Translations under genes and position numbers: made by a program | Shown: positions 27,377-36,033 of the stretch, piece after piece | Numbering within the stretch: position 1 is the stretch's first letter | Layout: every line of letters begins with the position of its first letter | Notes under the pieces: generated by a model | Database searches by the model: none | Told to the model about the DNA's origin: nothing | The model's input: the letters and a program-made list of their open reading frames with translations, nothing else | DNA from: Candidatus Omnitrophota bacterium | Lineage (GTDB): Bacteria > Omnitrophota > Gorgyraeia > Duberdicusellales > 4484-171 | Assembly: GCA_024542985.1 (NCBI GenBank) | Contig: JAMXCX010000001.1 | Location: forward strand, 3,137 to 67,136 | Length of the DNA: 64,000 bases | Reading direction: 5' to 3'

Positions 27377-28468
27377 CTAATATCTAAGATATCCTTCAAT
27401 AAGAATATCCTCCCCTATTTTTTTTATTTCAATTTTATCCAGATAAGGCGAAATACCCGGCGAGGTGAAACCTTTTGCTCCCACTGAGGTAAGCGCACTC
27501 TTCCCGCCGATAATTTTAGGCGAAATAAAAAAATAAGCTTTATCGATTAGTTTTCTTTTAAAAAAACGCCCCAGAGTGTCAGAACCACCTTCAATAAACA
27601 CCGACATTATTCCCAGTTTATAGAGTATTTTCAAAATATTTCTTAACGGTAACTCACCTTTGGTTTCTTTTAAAAAAATCAATTTCACAGCTTTGGGAAT
27701 ATTATCCAGTTTATTTCTGTTTTTATAAGAAGAAAAAATTATCAATTTATGAGGGTTTGTTTTAAAAAGATAATGGCTTGGCGGTAAATTTAATTGTGAT
27801 GAGATTACTATCTTGTATGGTATTTTCCTCAAACCGTTAAGGTGAGGATTGTCTTTTATGAAAGTATTAGCCCCTACTAATACACTGTCATATTTATCTC
27901 TCAAAGAGAGTACCAGCTTTCTGGATTTAGCTGTCGTAATCCACTTTGACAATCCTTTTACGGTGGCAATTTTTCCATCTAGGCTTTGGGCAACTTTAAC
28001 AACTACAAAAGGCATTTTATATTTCATATTTTTAAAAAATACTTCATTTAGCTTCCGGGCTTCATCACGCAGTAAACCCACATCTACTTTAATGCCTGCC
28101 TTTTTTAGTTTGCGAACTGATTTTCCTTTTACTGTCGGATTGGGGTCGAGAGTAGATATAACTACCCTTTTAATTTTATTCTTAATTATCTGATCAACAC
28201 AGGGAGGGGTTCTTCCAAAATGCGAGCAGGGCTCTAAATTCACATAGAGAGTTGAACCGCAAAGATGTTTTTGTTTAGTTTTATGAATAGCTTCTATTTC
28301 TGCATGAGCTAATCCGCATCTTTTATGGTAACCTCCGGCTATAATTTTATTATCTTTAACAATAAGTGCGCCTACTAAAGGATTCGGTGAAGTAAAAGCC
28401 TGGCCCTTTTTAGCAAGTAGAAATGTTTTCTGTATAAACTGGCTATCTAAAACGGCAGGGAGCTTCAT
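27377..28468 (-). CDS. ribD: Riboflavin biosynthesis deaminase/reductase
   Basis: PNPLVG, HAE, LEPCSH.GRTPPC, SLDGKIA, IEGG. ATG 28468 overlaps the upstream stop (TAATG). Confidence 0.95.
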   Translation of the reverse strand: MKLPAVLDSQFIQKTFLLAKKGQAFTSPNPLVGALIVKDNKIIAGGYHKRCGLAHAEIEAIHKTKQKHLCGSTLYVNLEPCSHFGRTPPCVDQIIKNKIKRVVISTLDPNPTVKGKSVRKLKKAGIKVDVGLLRDEARKLNEVFFKNMKYKMPFVVVKVAQSLDGKIATVKGLSKWITTAKSRKLVLSLRDKYDSVLVGANTFIKDNPHLNGLRKIPYKIVISSQLNLPPSHYLFKTNPHKLIIFSSYKNRNKLDNIPKAVKLIFLKETKGELPLRNILKILYKLGIMSVFIEGGSDTLGRFFKRKLIDKAYFFISPKIIGGKSALTSVGAKGFTSPGISPYLDKIEIKKIGEDILIEGYLRY

Positions 28469-29313
28469 TAATTTCCGACTCTCACAAGATAATCTTTCAT
28501 CTCCTGTACCCAATCATAAGGAATAGTTATCCCGCCTACCTCTATGAACTCTTTATAGCTGCCATGGGCATCGGAACCGCCACTCCTTAAAAGCCCTGAC
28601 TCAATAGCCATATTGGTGTAAAGTGACCTTTTAGCTTGAGACATATTGTGATAAGTTAGCTCCAGGCCATCAATGCCCAGCGATATAAACTCCCCTATCC
28701 AGGACTGATCGGGAATCATATGAGGATGAGCCAATATAGCGACGCCTCGATACTTCTTAATAAGACCTATGGCTTCCTGGGCTGAATATTTAGTACGAAC
28801 CTTATAGGCCGGCTTTCCCGGGGAAATATACTTTTTAAAAGCCTCCCGCAAAGAATTAACTTTCCCCTTTTGCAGAAGGTATAAGGCTAGGTGCAATCTT
28901 GTAGGTATGGCTTCTTTTATTATACAAAATAACTCTTTTTCATCAACCTCAACGCCTAAACAATTTAGCTTCCTCGTCATCCACAGAAGCCTTTCTTTTC
29001 TTAATTCTCTTACCTGCTTGAGTTCGGTACGGAGACTTTGATCGTCAATATCAATAAAATATCCCAGAATGTGCACCTCACAATCCTTATACTGGGCGCT
29101 TAGCTCAATACCTTCAATTAGTTCAATATCATAAATCTTACTATAAAGGCGTGCTTTAGCTACTCCTTCGATGGTATCATGATCAGTAATAGCAATACAT
29201 CTTAAATTTTTCTGGCGGGCTTGCCTAAAAATACTTTCTAAAGAAGCGTCACTATCAGAAAAATCAGAATGAATATGCAAGTCGCAAACACCCTGGGTAT
29301 CTTGGTTCATCAA
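28468..29313 (-). CDS. PHP-domain metallophosphoesterase (TrpH/YciV-like)
   Basis: DLHIHS..SD, AITDHD, GIELS, HILGY, LAHP, GGSDAHG. Confidence 0.9.
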   Translation of the reverse strand: MMNQDTQGVCDLHIHSDFSDSDASLESIFRQARQKNLRCIAITDHDTIEGVAKARLYSKIYDIELIEGIELSAQYKDCEVHILGYFIDIDDQSLRTELKQVRELRKERLLWMTRKLNCLGVEVDEKELFCIIKEAIPTRLHLALYLLQKGKVNSLREAFKKYISPGKPAYKVRTKYSAQEAIGLIKKYRGVAILAHPHMIPDQSWIGEFISLGIDGLELTYHNMSQAKRSLYTNMAIESGLLRSGGSDAHGSYKEFIEVGGITIPYDWVQEMKDYLVRVGN

Positions 29314-29723
29314 TCCTTTTTACACTCCATTTTATATATCTTATCCAGTATGCCATTAACAAAACGCGGTGAATCTATATCTCCAAAGCACTTTGCCAGT
29401 TCAATAGCCTCGTTAATAGATACCTTAGGAGGAATGTCATCTAAAAAAATCAGCTCAAAACAGGCCATGCGCAAAATATTACGGTCGATAACAGCCATTC
29501 TTTCGATTCCCCAATTTTTTGCGTGTTTTCTTATCGAAGAATCAATCAACTCTTTATTGGTTAAGACTCCTTCTATCAAAAAGGATGAAAAATCAATTAT
29601 TTCTTTTTGGCTTGGCGTCCTCTCGAAATGATTTTGGATGGTTTGACGGAAATCAGATTTAGTGAGCTCTATCTGATAAAGAAGACATAAAGCAACTTCT
29701 CTTGCTTTTGATCTCAGCCTCAT
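29310..29723 (-). CDS. nusB: Transcription antitermination factor NusB
   Basis: RSKAREVAL..LYQ, IDRNILR, VSINEAIELAK, FVNGILD. Confidence 0.95.
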   Translation of the reverse strand: MRLRSKAREVALCLLYQIELTKSDFRQTIQNHFERTPSQKEIIDFSSFLIEGVLTNKELIDSSIRKHAKNWGIERMAVIDRNILRMACFELIFLDDIPPKVSINEAIELAKCFGDIDSPRFVNGILDKIYKMECKKD

Positions 29724-29840
29724 ATTGTCATAGATTAAGGCAACTACAAACTCACTTTAGTGATGAGTTCATCTCTTAAAAAACATTATTTCAAATATCA
29801 CGCACAAGATAAAATACCGCCTAAAAATCAATATTCTTTG

Positions 29841-30299
29841 CTAAATTTGTGAATAAACGCTGGCCATCTCTAAAGCGAAAAGGGCTGCGTCTCTTCCTTT
29901 ATTGCCTTGTTTTGTACCTGACCTTTCAACTGCTTGGTCAACACTGTCAGCAGTAATAACCCCAAAAATAACCGGGATCTTTTTATCCTGCGAGATACGC
30001 GCAATCCCTTTCGAAACCTCTGAAGCAATATATTCAAAATGAGGCGTATCGCCTCTTATAATCGCACCCAAGGCAATAATAGCATTTAATTTCCCTGTAT
30101 CCAGTTTACTTAAAACCTGGGGTATTTCAAAAGAACCGGGAGTCCAAATGACAAGAATATTTTCACTTAAAACTCCTGATTTATCCAAAGTATCCAAACA
30201 CCCTTGCAGTAATTGGGTGCTGATAAATTCGTTAAACCTAGAAACGACAACGGCTATTTTTTTATCTTTACCGCTAAAATTCCCTCTTATTTCTTTCAT
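29841..30299 (-). CDS. ribH: 6,7-dimethyl-8-ribityllumazine synthase
   Basis: SRFN, PGSFEIP, GAIIRGDTPHFEY, NKG. Confidence 0.95.
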   Translation of the reverse strand: MKEIRGNFSGKDKKIAVVVSRFNEFISTQLLQGCLDTLDKSGVLSENILVIWTPGSFEIPQVLSKLDTGKLNAIIALGAIIRGDTPHFEYIASEVSKGIARISQDKKIPVIFGVITADSVDQAVERSGTKQGNKGRDAALFALEMASVYSQI

Positions 30300-30330
30300 A
30301 TGGCTCCTCCTTCAAGATTAAGGAATTACT

Positions 30331-31518
30331 CTATAATATGTGATCCATTTTCGCTTTTTTGGTCTGTAAATAATACTCGTTGTCAGAAGATGCCTCTATT
30401 TTTATAGGCACCCTCTCAACAATTTCCAAGCCATAGCCTTCCAAACCAATAATTTTTTTGGGGTTATTAGTAAGAAGTTTCAATTTCTTAACTCCTAAAT
30501 CTACAAGTATTTGGGCCCCTATTCCGTAATCGCGCAAGTCAGCTGCAAAGCCCAACATTTCATTAGCCTGAACTGTATCAACGCCTTTTTCCTGCAAACC
30601 ATAGGCTTTAATTTTATTCTTAAGCCCTATGCCCCTGCCTTCCTGACGCATATATAAAAGCACTCCGCCGAACTTAGCAATTATTTCCAAAGACTTCTTC
30701 AGCTGCTTGCCGCAATCACAGCGGCATGATAAAAAGGTATCACCGGTAAGACACTCTGAATGCACTCTTACAAAAACTGCCCTTTCTTTTAAGTCGCCTT
30801 TTACTAAAGCGATATGCTCACTGCCATCAATAATAAATTCATAAAGATAAAAATCAAATTCTCCATATTCAGTAGGAAGCACTATTTTTTCACTTCGAGC
30901 TATGAGCCTTTCTTTCTTTCTACGGTACTCAATCAAAGAAGCTATAGTACAAATTTTCAAATTATATTTTTTGGAAAAATCTATCAAGTCCGGCAAGCGG
31001 GCCATCAAGCCGTCTTTTTTTATAATTTCACAGATAATCCCTCCTGGATAAAGACCGGCTAGCCTTGCTAAATCAACGACTGCCTCAGTATGGCCTGCCC
31101 TCACCAAAACTCCTCCCTCTTTTGCTTCTAAGGGAAAAACGTGTCCGGGCTTGATTAAATCTTTAGGCTTAGCTTTGGGGTTTATCAGAATCTCAACAGT
31201 CCTAGCCCGGTCAAAAGCAGATATCCCCGTAGTAATTCCGCTTGCTGCATCAACAGATACTCTCCAGGCAGTCTTAAAGGGATCTTTTGTACCCCGATAA
31301 TGCATCGGCTCAAGCTGCAACTCTTCTATGCGCTTTCTGGGTAAAGGAACACATACCAATCCTTTCCCTTCAGTAATCATAAAATTTATCACCTGAGGAG
31401 TCGCAAATTGGGCGGCAACTACCAAATCGCCTTCGTTTTCTCTCCCTTCATCATCAACAACAATGAGAGGTTTTCCTTTTTTTATCTCCTCAAGAATTTC
31501 TTCAATTCGACTAAACAT
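30331..31518 (-). CDS. ribBA: Bifunctional DHBP synthase / GTP cyclohydrolase II
   Basis: [27 protein letters not shown]...RCDC, QEGRGIG. Confidence 0.95.
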   Translation of the reverse strand: MFSRIEEILEEIKKGKPLIVVDDEGRENEGDLVVAAQFATPQVINFMITEGKGLVCVPLPRKRIEELQLEPMHYRGTKDPFKTAWRVSVDAASGITTGISAFDRARTVEILINPKAKPKDLIKPGHVFPLEAKEGGVLVRAGHTEAVVDLARLAGLYPGGIICEIIKKDGLMARLPDLIDFSKKYNLKICTIASLIEYRRKKERLIARSEKIVLPTEYGEFDFYLYEFIIDGSEHIALVKGDLKERAVFVRVHSECLTGDTFLSCRCDCGKQLKKSLEIIAKFGGVLLYMRQEGRGIGLKNKIKAYGLQEKGVDTVQANEMLGFAADLRDYGIGAQILVDLGVKKLKLLTNNPKKIIGLEGYGLEIVERVPIKIEASSDNEYYLQTKKAKMDHIL

Positions 31519-31637
31519 ATTTGCTTTAATAAATAGACGATTTATGAGACGAAAGTATCACCTAAATCGTAGGCCAAAGGCCGTTTGCAAATTGACCCCA
31601 AGCCTTATCTTGTCCAGGATGACCGGCTAAAAGGTAT

Positions 31638-31688
31638 GGGATAAATTCAACTGCAGACCCGCCAAAACGGGACTAAATTTCATTTCAA
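31638..31688 (+). repeat. GGATWAATTCRACT-hairpin-AARTYTCATT module, divergent copy
   Basis: GGGATAAATTCAACT-GCAGACCCGCCAAAACGGGACT-AAATTTCATTTCAA; flanks match copies at 55667-55731 and 58934-58992. Confidence 0.6.
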
Positions 31689-31690
31689 AT

Positions 31691-31719
31691 AACTTAACGC
31701 ATATACCAATAATTGTCAA
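31691..31719 (-). promoter_or_regulatory. Predicted sigma70 promoter of the rib operon
   Basis: TTGACA-17 nt-TAAGTT. Confidence 0.5.
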
Positions 31720-31840
31720 GATTTTTAAAAATTACCCTTTTTGTTGGCTTATTTAGATAAACTAAAAAAACAGCTATAAAATTATACTGATTTAACCTGA
31801 AGGGTGACTAAGGATCAATCTTGGATGAAAAGTAGCAGCT

Positions 31841-32245
31841 TTATCGTTTAGTCCACTGGAACCTACGGCGGGCACCTTTACGGCCATATTTCTTTCTTTC
31901 TTTGGCGCGAGGGTCACGGGTAAGTAAATCTTCTCTTCTAAACACAACTCTCAAATTAGGATTCCATTCAACCAGACATCTAGAAATTCCTAAGCTTATT
32001 GCTCCAGCCTGGCCGTTTGTTCCTCCACCACTTACATTGGCAAAAACATCTATTTTACCTTCTAATTCACTTGCTAAAAGAGGCTTTCTAATTTGCGTCT
32101 GACTATCAATAGTAGAGAAATAACTCTTGCAATCTTTGCCGTTAACAACGAATTTGCCTTTTCCTTCGGCAACGACTCGAATCCTGGCAACCGCTTTTTT
32201 CCTTCGGCCGGTAGCAGCAAATATCTTTTTTATTTTTTCTGCCAT
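31841..32245 (-). CDS. rpsI: 30S ribosomal protein S9
   Basis: GRRKKAVARI, GGGTNGQAGAI, LTRDPR.KERKKYG. Confidence 0.97.
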   Translation of the reverse strand: MAEKIKKIFAATGRRKKAVARIRVVAEGKGKFVVNGKDCKSYFSTIDSQTQIRKPLLASELEGKIDVFANVSGGGTNGQAGAISLGISRCLVEWNPNLRVVFRREDLLTRDPRAKERKKYGRKGARRRFQWTKR

Positions 32246-32247
32246 AA

Positions 32248-32673
32248 CTAAATACTCATTGCCTCCGGCTTCTGGGCCTGATGCTTATGTCCGCCTTCAG
32301 GGTATATTTTTAAAGACTTAAACATTGCTCTTCCCAAATTGCTTTTAGGGAGCATACCTTTAACCGCTGCGGCAAGAATAGAGATAGGATTTTTACCCAT
32401 CAATAGCTTAAGGCTTATTTCTTTACGCCCGCTAGGATAACCAGTATATTTGTCATAAATTTTGCTATCGTATTTATTTGCCGTAAGCTTAACATATTTT
32501 GCATTGGTAACTATAACCCTATCTCCACACAAAAAATTAGGGGTGTAGGTTGCCTTATTTTTCCCTTGCAAAATCCTTGCTATGCGGGTAGCTAATCTGC
32601 CTAAAACCTTATCTTTGGCATCAACCAGAACCCATTTTCTCTCTACTTGGTTAAAAAACTTTGTCGTTTTCAT
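32248..32673 (-). CDS. rplM: 50S ribosomal protein L13
   Basis: WVLVDA...LGRLA, YTP...GD, VKGMLP, HQAQKP. Confidence 0.97.
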   Translation of the reverse strand: MKTTKFFNQVERKWVLVDAKDKVLGRLATRIARILQGKNKATYTPNFLCGDRVIVTNAKYVKLTANKYDSKIYDKYTGYPSGRKEISLKLLMGKNPISILAAAVKGMLPKSNLGRAMFKSLKIYPEGGHKHQAQKPEAMSI

Positions 32674-32744
32674 TTTAAAAATATACTGATTTTGTTATAT
32701 TTTTGCTCCTCTGCCGATAAGAGTTAGCTCCTATGTAAGGGCTT

Positions 32745-32772
32745 TTTATATCATATTTTCAAATATTGTCAA
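32745..32772 (-). promoter_or_regulatory. Predicted rplM-rpsI promoter
   Basis: TTGACA-16 nt-TATAAA with TG; overlaps the end of hisA. Confidence 0.6.
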
Positions 32773-33487
32773 TGTTTAAATATTCTTTTGCCTCTGAAAG
32801 CTTTATCCTGCCTTCATACAAGGCTTTGCCTACAATAACTCCCCAAATAAAAGGGAAATTTTTCTCTACCAGCTTGAGGTCATCTAAAGAAGCTACGCCT
32901 CCGGCAAGAATAATATTCATTCCCTCAAATAGCTTTAATTTTTTAGTTTCTTTACAGTCTAAACCTTCCAGTGTTCCGTCCCGGGATATATCAGTATAAA
33001 TTATCCACTTAATCATTTTAAGCTGCAGGTAAGCAATAAAATCAAGGCCGCTAAAATCAGTTTTCTTCTTCCAACCTTCTACTGCCATCAAGGAGTCAAT
33101 CACATCTACGCCTACTGCGATTTTCTCACTGTCTATTTCCTTTGTTAGCCTATTTAAAAAATCCTCATCTAACCCTTTAGTGCCGATTATTACTCTTTGA
33201 GCACCTAAATCTACTAATTCTTTTGCCTTTTCTAGACTCCTTATGCCTCCTCCTATCTCTATTTTGACTTTTAGCTCTCTAAGAAAAGTCTTTATAATTT
33301 CGAAATTATCTCCCTGGCCCAAAGCAGCAGAAAGATCAACTACGTGAAGCAATTTTGCCCCTTCGTCTTCCCATTTTTTTGCCATTTCCAAGGGATTATT
33401 GCTATAGACTTTAGATTGGGCAGGATCCCCTTTAATCAAACGAACAACATTACCCTGGTATAAATCAATAGCCGGAATTATTAACAT
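32759..33487 (-). CDS. hisA: ProFAR isomerase
   Basis: IIPAIDL, LHVVDL, GGGIRS, YTDISRDGTL.G, GKALYEG. Confidence 0.93.
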   Translation of the reverse strand: MLIIPAIDLYQGNVVRLIKGDPAQSKVYSNNPLEMAKKWEDEGAKLLHVVDLSAALGQGDNFEIIKTFLRELKVKIEIGGGIRSLEKAKELVDLGAQRVIIGTKGLDEDFLNRLTKEIDSEKIAVGVDVIDSLMAVEGWKKKTDFSGLDFIAYLQLKMIKWIIYTDISRDGTLEGLDCKETKKLKLFEGMNIILAGGVASLDDLKLVEKNFPFIWGVIVGKALYEGRIKLSEAKEYLNIDNI

Positions 33488-34104
33488 AGCTCCAAAAAAT
33501 TATTAAAAAGCTTTAAACCTGACTTTTGGCTTTTTTCAGCGTGAAATTGAACTGCCCAAATATTATCTTTATGAATACTTGATGCAAATTCAACACCGTA
33601 ACCAGTGGTACTCAAAACTACTCGGCTGTCTTTTGGTACACAATAGTAAGAATGCACAAAATAGAAAAAACTCCTATCCGCAAGGCCCTTAAACAATAGA
33701 TTTCTCTTGTTCCGTAACCCGCAATCCCTAATCCGCACTTGGTTCCATCCCATATGAGGAATAATCAAATCCTTTGCTTTGAACTTTTTTATCTCGCCTT
33801 TAATAACATCCAGGCCCTTTACGCCCTTAGCTTCCTGGCTTTGGGAAAATAAAACCTGCATCCCCACACAAATGCCTAAAAAAGGGACCCCTTCTTTTAT
33901 CTTACCCTTCAAAACTGCAAAAAGACTTCTTTTTTTAAGCTCATAAATTGCTTGGCCGAAATGCCCGACACCGGGAAAAATAATTTTTTTTGCCTTTTTC
34001 AAAGTAGCCTTTGAATCAGTAACCACTACTCTTTTTCCCAAAACAAGAGCAGCATTCTGCACACTTTTTAAATTACCCATACCATAGTCAACAACAGCTA
34101 TCAT
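33481..34104 (-). CDS. hisH: Imidazole glycerol phosphate synthase glutaminase subunit
   Basis: DYGMGNL, PGVG, GICVGMQ, PHMGWN, YFVHSY, QFHAEKS. Confidence 0.95.
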   Translation of the reverse strand: MIAVVDYGMGNLKSVQNAALVLGKRVVVTDSKATLKKAKKIIFPGVGHFGQAIYELKKRSLFAVLKGKIKEGVPFLGICVGMQVLFSQSQEAKGVKGLDVIKGEIKKFKAKDLIIPHMGWNQVRIRDCGLRNKRNLLFKGLADRSFFYFVHSYYCVPKDSRVVLSTTGYGVEFASSIHKDNIWAVQFHAEKSQKSGLKLFNNFLELC

Positions 34105-34141
34105 ATTTTTAGACCCTAGACCATAGGCCCTTGTCTATAGT

Positions 34142-34759
34142 CTAATCAATTATTCCTTTAGTTGAAGGAACCCCTTTGCGGCGAGGATCAATTTGAGTGG
34201 CTTGATCAAGAGCCTTACCCATTGCCTTAAAAAGTGCTTCCAGTATGTGATGCAGATCTCCTTCTGCAGATTTTATGATATAAACCAGGCTTATTCCGGC
34301 ATGTTGGGTAAAGGCTTCTAGAAATTCTTCAGCCTGCTTAAAAGTAAAATTTGTATCATCAAAAGTGCCATTTTCTAATATATTAGAAACAGCTTGATAA
34401 TTCTCAACGATTGGCGCTCTACTCAAAGAAGGCCTGCCGCTTATATCAATATTTACTTCAACTACTACTTTATCCATAGTAAGAGAAAATGTCCCATAAC
34501 GGTTAATGCCGGACTTATCACCTAAAGCTTGTTTTAAGGCCTTGCCGAGAGCTATACCTATATCTTCGATTATATGATGAGCCAAATCCCCGGAAGCTTG
34601 TAATTCTAAGTCAAAAAGCCCATGAAAAGAAAATAAAGTGAGTAAGTGATTTAAAGGCTCAAACCCGGTCTTTATTTTAGAATTACCCCGGCCGTCAATA
34701 TTAAATTCTCCTTTTATGTCCACTTCATTTGTTTTTCGTACTATCTCAGCTTTCCTCAT
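34142..34759 (-). CDS. hisB: Imidazoleglycerol-phosphate dehydratase
   Basis: HHIIEDIGI, DISGRP, HHILEALFKA, PSTKG; somewhat divergent, with an internal insertion. Confidence 0.92.
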   Translation of the reverse strand: MRKAEIVRKTNEVDIKGEFNIDGRGNSKIKTGFEPLNHLLTLFSFHGLFDLELQASGDLAHHIIEDIGIALGKALKQALGDKSGINRYGTFSLTMDKVVVEVNIDISGRPSLSRAPIVENYQAVSNILENGTFDDTNFTFKQAEEFLEAFTQHAGISLVYIIKSAEGDLHHILEALFKAMGKALDQATQIDPRRKGVPSTKGIID

Positions 34760-34812
34760 GATTTCTCCTAGGATTTAATTTCCTACCCCACTAAGGTGGT
34801 TTGTTTGCCTAA

Positions 34813-36033
34813 TTATCCTGCTAACCTCTTTTTTACGCTTTCGATGTGCTTGGTCATGCCTTCTAAGCTAGCTATTTTTTCTAACACTTGGGCCTCCTCC
34901 TGCAATGCTCTTTTGGTATAACTTATCACATGGACTTCTTTAAGAAAATCCTTTACTGAAAGGCAGGAAAAAAAACGCGCGCTCCCTCCGGTAGGAAGAA
35001 CGTGGCTAGGCCCGGCAGTATAATCACCTAAAGCAACAGGAGTATTTTCGCCTAAAAATATCGCCCCGGCATTCCTTATCTTACTCAAAAGAGCAGCCGG
35101 TTCTTTAGTTAAAATCTCAAGGTGCTCAGGAGCAATCCTGTTTACTACCCGGCAACCCTCGTCTAAATTTCTAACCCGAAGAACTAGACCGGTAACCTTT
35201 TTCTCGCGTAACTCTCTTATGATTTTCCTGGAAGTAGTAACTAAAATCCCTGAGCCATTATGGTGTTCTATCTGTGATTCTAAATCAGATATAATGTAAT
35301 CTAAGTTTGCATCTTTAGAGGCTAAAATAACAATTTCTGAAGGCCCGGCAAGCATATCAATATCAACTTCACCAAAAAGCTGCCGCTTGGCCTCAGTAAC
35401 AAACTCGTTGCCGGGGCCGACAATTTTATCTACCCTCTTGATTGTTTTAGTCCCGTAAGCTAAAGCAGCTATTGCTTGAGAGCCGCCCACCCGGTATATC
35501 TCTTTTATTTTCAACAAAGATGCTATGGCCAGAATAAAAGGGTTTATATCCTTATTTCCACAAGGGGGCGAAGCTAAAACAACTTCTTTTACTCCAGCGA
35601 CTAAAATCGGAATAACCGCCATATAGACTGAAGAAACCAAAGGAGCTGTCCCGGCAGGAACATAAACTCCTACTCTTTCTAAAGGAACGTAGCGAATAGC
35701 AAGAGTTTTCCCGTTGGCTTCCTTTATCCTTGTTGCCTTAGGAATCTGCTGTCTATAGAATTTAGTTACATTATCTATGGCTATCTTAAATGCAGAGATA
35801 ATAGATGAATCCAGTTCGTTAAAGGCTGCGCTTATTTCTGTTTCGCTTATCCGCAGTTCTTTTAAAGATATTTTTACTTTATCAAACTTTTTTGTGTATT
35901 CGACCAAAGCATTATCCCCGTTTTCGCTGACGTTTTTTATGATTTTTGAAACTTTGTCGTGAATCTTATTTTTACGCAGCCGCTTTTTTTGCAGTATCTT
36001 CTCCAAACTGTCTAAATTTCTTACTACTCTCAT
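34813..36033 (-). CDS. hisD: Histidinol dehydrogenase
   Basis: GVYVPAG, GGSQAIAALAYG, GPGN.FV, IDMLAGPSE, APEHL, GDY.AGPSHVLPT. Confidence 0.95.
   Translation of the reverse strand: MRVVRNLDSLEKILQKKRLRKNKIHDKVSKIIKNVSENGDNALVEYTKKFDKVKISLKELRISETEISAAFNELDSSIISAFKIAIDNVTKFYRQQIPKATRIKEANGKTLAIRYVPLERVGVYVPAGTAPLVSSVYMAVIPILVAGVKEVVLASPPCGNKDINPFILAIASLLKIKEIYRVGGSQAIAALAYGTKTIKRVDKIVGPGNEFVTEAKRQLFGEVDIDMLAGPSEIVILASKDANLDYIISDLESQIEHHNGSGILVTTSRKIIRELREKKVTGLVLRVRNLDEGCRVVNRIAPEHLEILTKEPAALLSKIRNAGAIFLGENTPVALGDYTAGPSHVLPTGGSARFFSCLSVKDFLKEVHVISYTKRALQEEAQVLEKIASLEGMTKHIESVKKRLAG

Noticed and set aside
31519-31840. FMN riboswitch upstream of ribBA
   Set aside because: RFN signatures (AGGGCGGGGTGAAATTCCC, AGTCTGGATG) are not present; part of the structure is a copy of the dispersed module.
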